In this document: positions 1-10,300 of the stretch, in pieces
Numbering within the stretch: the first letter of the stretch is position 1
Layout: every line of letters starts with the position of its first letter
NCBI GenBank assembly: GCA_963795545.1
Contig: CAWCIF010000001.1
Location: 601,365-665,364, forward strand
DNA: 64,000 nt
From: an uncultured Acidobacteriaceae bacterium
Lineage (GTDB): Bacteria; Acidobacteriota; Terriglobia; Bryobacterales; Bryobacteraceae
Reading direction: 5' to 3'
Program-made: the position numbers and the translations under genes
Notes under the pieces: model-generated
What the model saw: only the letters and a program-made list of their open reading frames with translations
Told to the model about the DNA's origin: nothing
The model's database searches: none

Positions 1-164
1 GCGAACGCTTCAAGCTGGAACTGCGGGCAGACGCTTTCAACGTGTTTAATCACGTGAATCTTGGGAACCCTAGCTCGACCATCGATCAGCTTGGTGCGGG
101 ACAGATCACATATATTCAAGTTGCCATGCGGCAGATGCAGTTTGGTCTGCATTTCTCGTTTTGA
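1..164 (+). CDS. C-terminal fragment of a TonB-dependent-receptor-like outer-membrane beta-barrel protein (5' end outside window)
   Basis: The frame from nt 3 to TGA 162-164 gives ERFKLELRADAFNVFNHVNLGNPSSTIDQLGAGQITYIQVAMRQMQFGLHFSF*. It has an FNxFNHxN motif, amphipathic strands and a terminal Phe, typical of the last strands of acidobacterial TonB-type receptors. It is absent from the ORF track because it runs off the window edge. Confidence 0.55.
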   Translation, partial: ERFKLELRADAFNVFNHVNLGNPSSTIDQLGAGQITYIQVAMRQMQFGLHFSF

Positions 165-230
165 CGAACTATGATTGCGGGGCGGTCCCCCTGGACCGCG
201 CCCGACCCCCTGGTCGGGCTTTTCAAACTC

Positions 231-1976
231 ATGCCAATGCCTAAACTTCGCAGCCAGGAATGGTTCGGCGGATCGGATTACTACGGCTTTGCGCGGCGGG
301 CGTGGCTGCGCTCGGAAGGCTTCAATCGCGATATCTTCGACGGGCGCCCTGTAATCGGCATTTGCAACTCGTGGAGCGAGCTGAATAACTGTAACGCTCA
401 TCTGCGCACCGTTGCCGAAGCTGTGAAGCGCGGCGTGTGGGCGGCGGGAGGGCTGCCGCTAGAATTCCCAACCATCTCGCTGGGCGAAATGTACATGCGA
501 CCGACCACCATGCTGTATCGCAACCTGATGGCGATGGACGTGGAAGAATCAATTCGCGCCAATCCGATCGACGGCGTGGTTCTACTGTGCGGCTGCGATA
601 AGACTACGCCAGCCCAACTGATGGGATGCGCCAGCGCGGATCTCCCCGCGATTATGGTGCCCGGTGGGCCGATGCTGAGCGGCCAATGGCGCAACCAGAG
701 GCTTGGCTCGGGCACTGACGGCCGCAAGCTTTTCGATCTGTTTCGCACGGGAAAACTAAGCGAGGAATCGTGGGAAGAGCTCGAAGGCTGCATTTCGCGA
801 AGTGCCGGACATTGCACCGTAATGGGCACCGCGTCCACCATGACCAGCCTGGCCGAAGCGCTGGGGATGACGCTCACCGGATGCGCGAATATCCCTGCTC
901 CCGATTCCCGCCGGCTCGCCATCGCGGAGACCAGCGGACGGCGCATTGTCGAAATCGTACGAGAAGATCTGCGCCCCTCGCGGATCATGACAAGAGAGGC
1001 TTTGGAAAACGCGATTGTCGTCGATATGGCGATCGGCGGATCGACCAACGCAGTGGTCCATCTGCTGGCCATCGCGGGCCGGCTGGGCATTGACCTGCAT
1101 CTGGATGACTTTGACGCCATCTCGCGGCGCACGCCCTACATCGCGAACATCAAGCCCTCGGGCGCCTATCTGATGGAGGATTTGTTTTACGCTGGAGGTC
1201 TGCCGGCAGTGATGCGCGAACTTTTGCCGAAGCTGAACGGCGACTGCATGACCGTGACCGGAAAAACCATCCGTGAAAACGTCGAGAGCGCCGAATGCCA
1301 CAACCGCGAGGTGATTCACGATCTCGCCGCTCCGCTGCATCCTGAGGGTGGAACCATTGTGCTGCGCGGTAACTTGGCGCCCGACGGCGCCGTGCTCAAG
1401 CAGACGGCTGCATCACCAAGGCTGTTAAAGCACCGCGGTCCCGCTTATGTTTTCGAAACCTATGAAGAGATGCAAGCGCAGATTGAGCGCGAAGACCTGC
1501 CGATAACAAAGGATTCCGTTCTGGCGATGAAGAACTGCGGCCCGCAAGGTGGGCCCGGCTTCCCGGAGTGGGGCCACATCCCGCTGCCGCGTGTCCTGCT
1601 GAATCAGGGAGTTGACGATGTTGTTCGCATCAGCGACGCGCGCATGAGCGGCACCAGTTTCGGCACCGTGATCCTGCACGTTGCTCCGGAATCGGCTATA
1701 GGCGGTCCGCTCGCACTCGTGCGAACCGGCGATGTTATCGAACTTAATGCCGAATCGCGCAAGTTAACCCTCTGCGTTGACGATGATGAATTGCAGCGTC
1801 GGCGAGCCGCCTTTGTTGAACCCGCGCCGAAATACGATCGCGGATATGGATGGATGTTTCTGCAGCACGTCACCCAAGCGAACCTGGGCTGTGATTTCGA
1901 TTTTCTCGCCGCTGTGAACCGGCTATCCCGAGATATCCCGCCGCTTCGTCTTCCCCAGCAGATGTCGCGCCTTTGA
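231..1976 (+). CDS. IlvD/Edd-family dehydratase (dihydroxy-acid / sugar-acid dehydratase type)
   Basis: 601-aa ORF 171-1976 with family motifs NSWSELNNCNAHL, LLCGCDKTTPAQLMG, HCTVMGTASTM and ARMSGTSFG. The start is more likely ATG 231 or 237 (MPMPKLRSQEWF) than 171. The substrate cannot be called. Confidence 0.85.
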   Translation: MPMPKLRSQEWFGGSDYYGFARRAWLRSEGFNRDIFDGRPVIGICNSWSELNNCNAHLRTVAEAVKRGVWAAGGLPLEFPTISLGEMYMRPTTMLYRNLMAMDVEESIRANPIDGVVLLCGCDKTTPAQLMGCASADLPAIMVPGGPMLSGQWRNQRLGSGTDGRKLFDLFRTGKLSEESWEELEGCISRSAGHCTVMGTASTMTSLAEALGMTLTGCANIPAPDSRRLAIAETSGRRIVEIVREDLRPSRIMTREALENAIVVDMAIGGSTNAVVHLLAIAGRLGIDLHLDDFDAISRRTPYIANIKPSGAYLMEDLFYAGGLPAVMRELLPKLNGDCMTVTGKTIRENVESAECHNREVIHDLAAPLHPEGGTIVLRGNLAPDGAVLKQTAASPRLLKHRGPAYVFETYEEMQAQIEREDLPITKDSVLAMKNCGPQGGPGFPEWGHIPLPRVLLNQGVDDVVRISDARMSGTSFGTVILHVAPESAIGGPLALVRTGDVIELNAESRKLTLCVDDDELQRRRAAFVEPAPKYDRGYGWMFLQHVTQANLGCDFDFLAAVNRLSRDIPPLRLPQQMSRL

Positions 1977-2162
1977 AATCGCTTGTGACTCCGCTTGCTC
2001 CGCGGTAGTGGCTGCGAACCGCGCCAGACACGCGCCCGGCGAAACATTGTCAGCCTGGCATACGTACTTATCGCCTGCCTTGTAACTGGTGAGCCTTACC
2101 GGCCAGCCGCCAATTTCAAGCTGGCGTTCATGAAACTGCTCGACTTTGTTTGTCGCTTCCAT
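1923..2162 (-). CDS. small hypothetical protein (79 aa) coupled to the rhodanese gene
   Basis: The ATG at 2162 lies 4 nt after the stop of the upstream minus-strand rhodanese gene (2167). No recognisable family. It overlaps the 3' end of the convergent dehydratase gene by 54 nt. Confidence 0.4.
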   Translation of the reverse strand: MEATNKVEQFHERQLEIGGWPVRLTSYKAGDKYVCQADNVSPGACLARFAATTAEQAESQAISKARHLLGKTKRRDISG

Positions 2163-2166
2163 ATTT

Positions 2167-3030
2167 CTACGCCCCTGCCGATTTCGCCGTCCCGCGCTCT
2201 ACCGGAGCACCTACCAGGTTGCCCCACTCCGTCCATGACCCGTCATAGTTCGTTACGTTCGGCAATCCGAGTAGATACTTCAGAACGAACCAGGTATGGC
2301 TGGAGCGCTCGCCGATCCGGCAATAGGCAATGGTAGGCTTCGACGCGCTGACGCCCTCGGCCGAATAAAGCGCCTTCAGTTCGTCAAACGTCTTGAATGT
2401 GCCATCCTCATTGCACGCCTTGCTCCAAGGCACGTTGCGTGCGGCCGGAATGTGCCCACCCCGCTGGCATGTCTCGGGCAAACCCGGGGGCGCCAGAATC
2501 TCGCCCGTAAATTCCTGCGGACCGCGGACGTCAACCAGCGATGCGGCATGGTTCTTTACCGCTTCCTGCACCTGGGGAAGGAACGCCCGCAGCGAAAGAT
2601 CCGGCTCTTGCGCCTTGTATTGCGTGTGCTCGTAGGAAGGAGTCTTGTCACTCACCTCCCTGCTTTCGGCCAGCCACTTCTTACGGCCCCCGTTCAGAAT
2701 TCTGACGTCTTTATGCCCGTAGATCTTGAGCTGCCAGAATGCCCACGCCGCAAACCAGTTATTGCTGTCACCGTACAAAACGATGGTTGTTTCCGGCTTA
2801 ATGCCCGATTTTGATAGCAGCGCTTCCAACTCGCCCTTCGGCAAGATATCGCGCCGAACCGTGTCGCAGAGCTGCGTGTTCCAGGCCCAGGCGATCGCTC
2901 CCGGAATGTGCCCCAGATCATATGCGCTGGTATCAACATCCACTTCCACGATGCGCAGGGAAGGGTCCGTCAGCTTTCCGGCAAGCCACTCAGTGTCAAC
3001 CAGGACTTCAGGATGTGCATACTGTGCCAT
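2167..3030 (-). CDS. two-domain rhodanese (thiosulfate / 3-mercaptopyruvate sulfurtransferase)
   Basis: Tandem rhodanese architecture with active-site loop YCRIGERSSHTW and the GHIPGA motif. The probable start is MAQYAHPEVLVDTEWL at 3030; the ORF track extends to 3129. Confidence 0.85.
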   Translation of the reverse strand: MAQYAHPEVLVDTEWLAGKLTDPSLRIVEVDVDTSAYDLGHIPGAIAWAWNTQLCDTVRRDILPKGELEALLSKSGIKPETTIVLYGDSNNWFAAWAFWQLKIYGHKDVRILNGGRKKWLAESREVSDKTPSYEHTQYKAQEPDLSLRAFLPQVQEAVKNHAASLVDVRGPQEFTGEILAPPGLPETCQRGGHIPAARNVPWSKACNEDGTFKTFDELKALYSAEGVSASKPTIAYCRIGERSSHTWFVLKYLLGLPNVTNYDGSWTEWGNLVGAPVERGTAKSAGA

Positions 3031-3154
3031 AATTCCTACCTTAACACGGCATTCTCTATCGAGAAAGGGGGTCATGGTACTGCTGCAACCGCCCTCGGTG
3101 ATTCTGCGCGCTTCAACTTGCGCCAACACACCGCTAAGATAGCTTCTAGCGCCA

Positions 3155-4345
3155 ATGCTCCGCGTCCATGAAGCCTATCCCGAAGTTCGCGCCTCTGCGT
3201 CGCGGTTATCCGCCCTGAGAGTGCCCGCACTGGATGGAATTCGGGGCATTGCCGTCCTGATGGTCTTGCTGCATCATCTGTCGGGATATCTTCCGCAGCA
3301 TTCACGGCCATTTTCCGAAGCCGCCGCCGTGCTCCGCAACGGTTGGGTGGGTGTTGATCTGTTCTTCGTTCTCTCGGGCTTTCTCATAACGGGAATCCTG
3401 CTCGACACGAAATACGCCCCTAATTACTTCCGTTCCTTCTATGCACGCCGGGTGCTTCGAATTTTTCCGCTGTACTACATAGTTCTGAGTGCAATCGGCT
3501 TCGCGGCAGCCCTCCCTTACGTGGGTCAATGGCTGCGTCCCATACTTCCCATATCCCATGACCGGCTGTTCTATTTCGTGTACCTGAATAACTGGTGGCC
3601 GTTGCTAAAGGATACCTGGCACGCCAACATCATTGGCCATTTCTGGAGCCTTGCCGTCGAGGAGCAGTTTTATCTGCTCTGGCCGCTTTGCGTATGGCTG
3701 CTGCCGCGAAGGAAATTGCCGTGGGTTGCCGCAGGCGGAATTGCCCTGGCAATTCTCATTCGCTGCGGTATCTATCATTACTTCGGTCCCACTCGCAGCA
3801 TAGTGGAAAACACTTTCGCGCGCATGGATACGTTGCTGATGGGTGCTCTCATCGCAATGCTCGTGCGCAGCCCTCGCGCTCTAAAGATTTTGCACCCGTA
3901 CCTATACTCAGCCGCTATTGCGTCAATAGCCATTCTGCTGTGCTTCAATGCCCTTGGCGGTGTTCCGCAATACAACGAATTCTACGGCGTGTCGGTTCAA
4001 TTCACGTTAATCGCCGTTGTTTTCAGCGCGATCGTGCTGCGGGCCTTTACAAGGCGCGATGATAGCACCGCCGTACAAACATTCCTGCGCCGGCCCTTAC
4101 TTGGCAGAGTGGGTAAATACAGCTATGGCATGTATGTCTACCATGTCCCAATTATGCTCGCGAGTGCCGCGCTTCTGCGTCACTTTGTCAGCCGCAACTT
4201 TAGCGCGCCCGTTGCGGTGGCGTTCATGATGGGCATTATTCTGCTTACCTACGGCGTGGCTAAGCTGAGCTTTGATTTTTTAGAAAGTCGATTTCTCAAG
4301 CAGAAGAAGCGGTTTGCGCCACGGGAGCCGGCCCATGCGGATTAG
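3155..4345 (+). CDS. acyltransferase family 3 (OafA/YrhL-like) integral membrane protein
   Basis: LDGIRGIAVLMVLLHH N-terminal motif, about 10 predicted TM segments, and WSLAVEEQFYLLWP. Confidence 0.8.
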   Translation: MLRVHEAYPEVRASASRLSALRVPALDGIRGIAVLMVLLHHLSGYLPQHSRPFSEAAAVLRNGWVGVDLFFVLSGFLITGILLDTKYAPNYFRSFYARRVLRIFPLYYIVLSAIGFAAALPYVGQWLRPILPISHDRLFYFVYLNNWWPLLKDTWHANIIGHFWSLAVEEQFYLLWPLCVWLLPRRKLPWVAAGGIALAILIRCGIYHYFGPTRSIVENTFARMDTLLMGALIAMLVRSPRALKILHPYLYSAAIASIAILLCFNALGGVPQYNEFYGVSVQFTLIAVVFSAIVLRAFTRRDDSTAVQTFLRRPLLGRVGKYSYGMYVYHVPIMLASAALLRHFVSRNFSAPVAVAFMMGIILLTYGVAKLSFDFLESRFLKQKKRFAPREPAHAD

Positions 4346-4839
4346 AGTTTACCGAGTCGCAACTCCGCGTAATCCAGCCGCAACTCCCCGCAGAGCGCTT
4401 CCACTACCAGTTCATGATCCTCCCGCTGCGGCAGTCCCGAAACGGTAACAGAACCAATCACGCCCGTGCCGACAACGGTGAGAGGAAATGATCCTCCGTG
4501 CGCTGCGAAATCCATCAGGGGCAGCCCGTACTTTTCTTCGAGCGTGGCATTCTTCCCCTGTAACTCCAGGCCCAGGCCGTACGAACTGCGATGAAACCGC
4601 GCGACGACATTCCCCTTGCGCCGCGCCCATTCGGCGTTGTCAGGAGCACTCCCGGAAAGGGCGCTGAAAAACAACAGTTGTCCCATCCGGCGGATGTCGA
4701 TCACCAGGGGGAATCCGCGCGACAGCGACATCTCGCGAAGCCGCACTCCCAGATTCCAGGCATCTTCCTCCTGGAAACGCTCAAAGCGGACCTTCTGTTC
4801 CTGAGCCGTGATGATCGCCAGGTCCTCGTCGATCGCCAT
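4342..4839 (-). CDS. UPF0303 / heme-degrading (GlcG-like, DUF336) domain protein
   Basis: 165 aa. Contains the ...FPLVIDIRR..., ..NAEWARRKGNVVARF.. and ..HGGSFPL..GVIGSVTVSGLPQREDHELVV.. pattern of the UPF0303 family. Confidence 0.7.
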   Translation of the reverse strand: MAIDEDLAIITAQEQKVRFERFQEEDAWNLGVRLREMSLSRGFPLVIDIRRMGQLLFFSALSGSAPDNAEWARRKGNVVARFHRSSYGLGLELQGKNATLEEKYGLPLMDFAAHGGSFPLTVVGTGVIGSVTVSGLPQREDHELVVEALCGELRLDYAELRLGKL

Positions 4840-4855
4840 GCACTGGAATCGCGGG

Positions 4856-5383
4856 CTACTGATGCGTGCTGCTGGTATCGTGCTTGTCGTTCATTACCGC
4901 GTTCTTTACGCCCTTAGCAGCGCTCTTCGCGGCGTGCCCGGTGCCTTCGCCTATCTTTGCAGCGCCGTGACCCACTCCTTTACCAAGATCCTTGCCGGCA
5001 TCGACGACGTTTCCGTGCTTTACCTCGGAGCCAAACTCTTTTCCACCATGGCCCATGTCCTTGCCGCCCGTGGAATAAGAATTTTTGAGCTGTGTGCCGG
5101 CCTTGCTAAAGCTTGTAGAAGGTGCGGCCTGTTGTACTCCTAAGCTGCTGAGCGTCTCTGGACCCAACCGTCCATCCGCCGTAAGGTTTTGCTTCTCTTG
5201 ATAGCTCCGAACCGCCCTGCGCGTTATCGGACCGTAGATTCCATCGACGGAACCCGAATAGAAGCCTTTATCCTTCAGTACCTGCTGTGCATCCCGGACT
5301 GTGTCACCGCGTTGCGCCACTGCAGGCAGAGCGCAAAGACCGATAGCGAATGCTGAACTGGCCAAAATCTTCCACATATACAT
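4856..5383 (-). CDS. secreted peptidoglycan-binding-domain protein
   Basis: Signal peptide (..LCALPAVAQ) followed by a PG_binding_1-like segment: VRDAQQVLKDKGFYSGSVDGIYGPITRRAVRSYQEKQNLTADGRLGPETL. The C-terminus is Gly/Lys/His-rich. Confidence 0.7.
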   Translation of the reverse strand: MYMWKILASSAFAIGLCALPAVAQRGDTVRDAQQVLKDKGFYSGSVDGIYGPITRRAVRSYQEKQNLTADGRLGPETLSSLGVQQAAPSTSFSKAGTQLKNSYSTGGKDMGHGGKEFGSEVKHGNVVDAGKDLGKGVGHGAAKIGEGTGHAAKSAAKGVKNAVMNDKHDTSSTHQ

Positions 5384-5472
5384 CTCCTAATAATCAATAG
5401 GACATCCCGGCGGGTCGGTCAGTTTCATGCCACCCGCACTCTACGCGCCTGTATGAAGGAAGAGTAATGTTT

Positions 5473-6213
5473 CTAGGGAGTCGCGCCAGAGATTTCCAGG
5501 AGCTCTATATGAAAAATAAGAGTAGCGCCACCCGGAATGGAGGCTTGGCCGTTGTCCCCATATGCCAGGTCAGAAGGACAGACCAGAATCGCCTCCCCGC
5601 CGACCTTCATTTTCTGCACGCCTTCCGTCCAGCATCGGATGACTCCGTTCAGCGCGAACTGCGCCGGCTGGTTTCGGCTATACGAGCTGTCAAACTCAGT
5701 TCCATTCACCAGCGTGCCGCGATAGTTCACTTTTACCGTGTCGGTCGCCTTGGGTGACGGCCCAGTCCCAGGCCTTACATCGCGATAGATCAAGCCGGAG
5801 TCTGTCTTAACGGCGCCCGGTTCCGCCGCAGCCTTCTCGAGATATGCCTTTGACTCTGCCTTTTCGCGCTCCGTCACACGGATGCGGCGCGCTTGAGCCA
5901 GCGGTTCGATCTTGGGTCCCCACGTTTGCAGATCCGCAGCCGGTTTACCGGCTGCCCCGTCGCTGATCGCCCGCTTAACAATCGCAAGTTCCGAAGGAGA
6001 CAAATCGAACTGCGCCAGCGATCGATAAATGGACAGGCCAAGCGAATAGATAGTCTTTTCGTCATCCGTCGCCAGTACCGGCGCGGAGTTGGTAGGCTTT
6101 GTGGTTGACACGGTATGCCTCGGATGCGCTGGCTTCGCCGTTCCCGGTTGAGATCTAGGGGGCTGAGTTTGCGCCATTAAAATGACTGGCGCAAAAAACA
6201 ACAATGCACGCAT
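5473..6213 (-). CDS. FKBP-type peptidyl-prolyl cis-trans isomerase (FkpA-like, secreted)
   Basis: Signal peptide plus a C-terminal FKBP domain: VKVNYRGTLVNGTEFDSSYSRNQPAQFALNGVIRCWTEGVQKMKVGGEAILVCPSDLAYGD...LIFHIELLEI. Confidence 0.9.
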   Translation of the reverse strand: MRALLFFAPVILMAQTQPPRSQPGTAKPAHPRHTVSTTKPTNSAPVLATDDEKTIYSLGLSIYRSLAQFDLSPSELAIVKRAISDGAAGKPAADLQTWGPKIEPLAQARRIRVTEREKAESKAYLEKAAAEPGAVKTDSGLIYRDVRPGTGPSPKATDTVKVNYRGTLVNGTEFDSSYSRNQPAQFALNGVIRCWTEGVQKMKVGGEAILVCPSDLAYGDNGQASIPGGATLIFHIELLEISGATP

Positions 6214-6367
6214 CTGTTCAGGCTAACATCGGCTCGTTCTGCAGCAGAGATGGTGTCTTGTTCTGATTGACAGCGATAATATCCACGGAGAAGAAATTGA
6301 ACAGCCTGATGTTTAGGATTGGATTTCCGAACGTGCCGCCGTACAATTCAGTCACGCCGATTCCTGT

Positions 6368-7219
6368 TTGCGAGTCCTATTCAGCAAATACAGACGCAGT
6401 TTTGTCATGGAGAGCTATCCGCAAATGAACAGGTTCATCTTTTACCTGGTTTCTTCTTTTGTGCTGCTGAATACGCCGCGCTGGTGCGCTGCGCAAGAGC
6501 AGCCTGCCGCAAGTACTCCAGCATCCTCGGGCCAAGGCGCCTGTTCGCGCAACACTCTTGAAGAGGACCGCGCAATGTCTATGCGGCAGGTCGTTCCCGA
6601 CATTCTGTGCGACCAAAAGCAAATCTGGACGTTCCCGCTGCATTTGAAAAACGACAAGGTTTGGATTCCAACTCTTGCGGTGGCGGCGACTACAACGGGT
6701 CTAATACTGCTCGATCCATCCGATACACCGTATTTTCGGCGGACCTCGACTTTCCATGCAATGGACGTGGACCTCAGCGGAACCCACACAGCGGTTGCTG
6801 AGGTGCTTCTCCCGGTTTCGTTTTATGCGGTGAGCTTGCTGCGGCACGATTCCTACGGGCAACGGACGGCGATCCTCGTGGGAGAAAGCCTTGCAGATTC
6901 AGAAATCCTGGGGCTGGTCGTGAAGAATATCAGCCGTCGCCTTCCACCGACGGGTATCGCGCCAAACGGCAATTACTCCGATACCTGGTTTAAGCGTTGG
7001 AACGGCAGCTTTCCGTCCGGGCACACCGTTGCGGCATTCTCGATCGCGGCGGTTTTTTCCCAACGTTACAAGAGTCGCAGGTGGGTTCCCTACCTAGCCT
7101 ACGGCGCGGCAGCGGCGCTGGGATTTTCTCGAATGACTACATCCGCCCATTTTCCATCGGACGTTTTTCTCGGAGCGGCGCTGGGCTACTCTATCACCCG
7201 CTTTGTGGTCCTGCACTAA
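6368..7219 (+). CDS. PAP2-family phosphatase, membrane/secreted
   Basis: PAP2 motifs SFPSGHTVAAF and SAHFPSDVFLGAALG. The true start may be ATG 6407 or 6425. Confidence 0.75.
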   Translation: MRVLFSKYRRSFVMESYPQMNRFIFYLVSSFVLLNTPRWCAAQEQPAASTPASSGQGACSRNTLEEDRAMSMRQVVPDILCDQKQIWTFPLHLKNDKVWIPTLAVAATTTGLILLDPSDTPYFRRTSTFHAMDVDLSGTHTAVAEVLLPVSFYAVSLLRHDSYGQRTAILVGESLADSEILGLVVKNISRRLPPTGIAPNGNYSDTWFKRWNGSFPSGHTVAAFSIAAVFSQRYKSRRWVPYLAYGAAAALGFSRMTTSAHFPSDVFLGAALGYSITRFVVLH

Positions 7220-7390
7220 CATCCGAAGTCCCTTCGAATACCGTACCGGTACTAGGCCCCACCGCATTGTGTAATTTTTCTGAAAAGATTTTTACAAGTG
7301 TGGTTCTGAAGTAAGCGAACTCTTACGAGTTGCTCTCCGGGCCCGACTGACAAATGGTAGAGTAGGAAACCAGTTTGGGGGTAATGCACA

Positions 7391-10300
7391 GTGACTCTCA
7401 TTTTCCGAGGCGCGAAACCCGCCGTTCGGACGCTTTTGCCCTTGGCATTCCTTGCGTTTGCGTCGTTAGGGGGGTTACGGTCCGCCGAGAATAGCCCGAA
7501 GCCCGGGTTGCGGGATCAAGTACTGCAGCACGAATCGACCGGTGATCTCGCCGGGGCGCGCTCAATTCTCGAGCAGGAGGCTCCGTCAAGCAGTTCGGCG
7601 TCTGAACAATTAGCCGAATTCCTGGAGCGCCATAACGATTCAGGTTCACGCGACGCCTACCGGAAGTGGGCTGCCGAAGAGCGCGATCCAGCTCAGCGCA
7701 AATTAGCGCTCCGGCAGCTCGTCTTGCTGGATTTCATGCAGGCCAAGGATGCGGATTTGGCACGAGATTTGAAGGATTATCATGCTGCCGGCGGTGATGA
7801 CCTGGTGCCCCCCGCTCAGCGGACAAAGCCAGTTCAGTATTCGATGGTCACCATTCCCGGCCCACTTTCCTCTTTCGCGCGCATGGCCGCTCTCTCAACC
7901 GATTTGGCTCCTGAAGATCTTCTTCCGGCGCTTGCCAGGAACGTCGTGACTAACGGCTACGAAGCGTCCGGCAACGAACTTCTGCAACAGACGGAATATC
8001 TGCGCTTGCTGGTGCGATACATCAGCCAAGCGCGCGAGCTGCAGGCGATGGCCAATAAGGATCACAAGATCGTGATCCCCACTTGCGACAGCGAAGAGAC
8101 CGGCAATTTGCTCAAGGTTCTGGGCTATCGCATGCGCGGTTCGTGCGGCGGCGATATCGTCCTCGAAACCGTGAATGCAACGCGTGCGTTTCTGACAGTT
8201 GATTCGGGCTTTCCGTTAACGCAGCTTGAGCAGGACCTTCGCGCCAACCATCGCTTCGAACTTCCCTACGCACCCACCCGCGCGCCAGTACTGTACAACG
8301 CAGAGTACTGGATGGCGGCACTGGGCCGCGGCGGGCAAACCGATTTCATTGACGCCTTTCTTTCCGATCCTTCGCTTTGCCGGCTCTATCTGGGGCTTTC
8401 CCACCTGGACCGCGCCACCGCTGACGCACTCCGTAAGGAGGCTCCTCCCGGAAAATTAAAAATTTACGCTCACGTGCTCGATTTCTACGGAGGTATGTTC
8501 CAAATACGCAATGGCGCGGCAGTGGTGCCCGGATCGACCAGAAGCTGGGGCAGTCTGGCAGGCACTTCGCCGGGCAACCCGGGGGCGTTCTTTTACAAGT
8601 TGATTTCGACAGATGATGGATGGATGGCGAGCTACTTCGATGCGCTGTCCCGGATCAGCGGGCCAACCGCAGCCTATCTGACCCGCGCTGACCATCTGAA
8701 GCGCTTCTATGAAGCACTGCGCGGCAAGATCACGAGTCCCGGTCCCGCCCGCCCGGTTTTCCGGTCCAGCACCGAGTTAATGCTGCTGACCACGTCTCTT
8801 CGCATTGACCCGAATGGCCAGCCGCATATTCCTGGAGACCTCAGCGTCTGGCGCACTCTGTTTATCAAGCACCCCAACGGCAAATACGATGGCAAGCTCA
8901 CTCGTTCGGCTGCATCGTGGCGCACCGCTGACGATTTTGTAGAGGCCCTGTTCGGGCTGAGCCGCAAGTCGGTTGAGAATGAGCCTCTGAAGATGTTCCT
9001 GGCGCTGAACGATATCGATCGGGACCGGGTGAAGCCAATGTCCGCTGCGCTTGCCACGAGGCTAGTGAACGGATATAAGCTGTACGGCGCACAGTATGCT
9101 GTTTTCGCCGACGCTCCTGGCCTGAGCGAAGATTCCATCGAACACTACATGGATACCATCGCGGCAACCGGAAGCATCCGCGATTCGCTGCTGAAAGCCG
9201 ATGCCGTCGGTACCCTGCAATCGCTGGTGGAGGTGTGGCGCATTCTGTGCAGGCAGGGCTCCATACCCGCCGCATCGGAGGATCTTTCCTTCGCCAAATT
9301 GATTGCTCCGTTCGCACACATCAAGCAGGAGGCGGAGTTGTTCGACGCGGGACGGGCAGGCATCGATCTGCTGCTGGCCAGCTCCGGACGGACAACCAGC
9401 GGTTCGCCGCAGGAAGCGCTTACGCAAGTGCTGGTTGGGAAAATACAGGGCCCGGACAGTTCTTTGCCCGGCTCTCCCGCGGAAAGCTTTGCTCGCGTTT
9501 TTGATGCGCAACGGCTCATCTCGCTTGACGCGCTGTTTACCGCGGCCGATCGCTTCGGGAAAGGACCGGTGGACGCAAAAACCATTCGGAACCTCACTGA
9601 GCAGCTCAGCCGGCTGGAAGAGGCGGAATCGATACGTGGATCTCTTTCCGCTCAGGAAAGAAACTCCTACACGCCTGGCTATTGGGGCGAGCGGCACATC
9701 ACTCAGGAGAGAAAGGTCAATCTCGAAAACCTGGCGAAAGGCGTCGATAAGCGAGATCCACGCGGAGTGCTGGCCCCGTTCCTGCGCGATTCACTGGTAG
9801 GTATTCTCTACGCTTACTATGCTCCGGATGGCGCCCAGCTTCTGCTCACCAATCCCCTGTTCGTGCGGAGTCACGATTTTATTGGCGCCGAGAGCACGCC
9901 GGCGGAGTGGCGTGCAACCCAGGTGGCGGGCAGCGGTTGGCCGGAAAGCGGCGGCGGCCGGCTGGTTGGCTCGCTTGTCTCCCTCCCTTATGCTCTGGCC
10001 GAGGCGGAACAGAATTTTCTCACGCCTAAGCGCGAGCAAGCGCTGATCTGGGGAGATCTGGTGCCGCAGATGATTGTGGATGTCACGGTTAACCGCTGGC
10101 GGAATGTTTCACCCGAACAGCTTCGCTGGGTGGCCGTCAACATTGAGCGCGGCCGGACACTGGTTGCCGCCGCGGGGCTGAACGGCACAGTTGAGGGCAA
10201 AGTTTTGGATGCACTCCGGCACTACGAAACGCCGGGATACACCGAGAAGGTAGACGATCATCTGCGGGCGGGCGATTTTGCCGATGCCGTTGCCGAGGTG

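Noticed and set aside
398-1132. Long antisense or alternative-frame ORFs inside well-supported genes. Examples: 398-1132(-) and 756-1340(-) in the dehydratase gene; 13541-14371(-) and 14560-15429(-) in the ADOP gene; 29219-29869(-) and 31133-32035(-) in rpoB; 35491-36480(-) and 36694-37311(-) in rpoC; 52768-53538(+) in the PAP2-Lgt gene; 54883-55479(-) in the TPR gene.
   Set aside because: They are typical stop-poor shadow frames of a GC-rich genome. Their translations are Arg/Ala/Pro-rich with no motifs, and the opposite or primary frame carries unmistakable family signatures.
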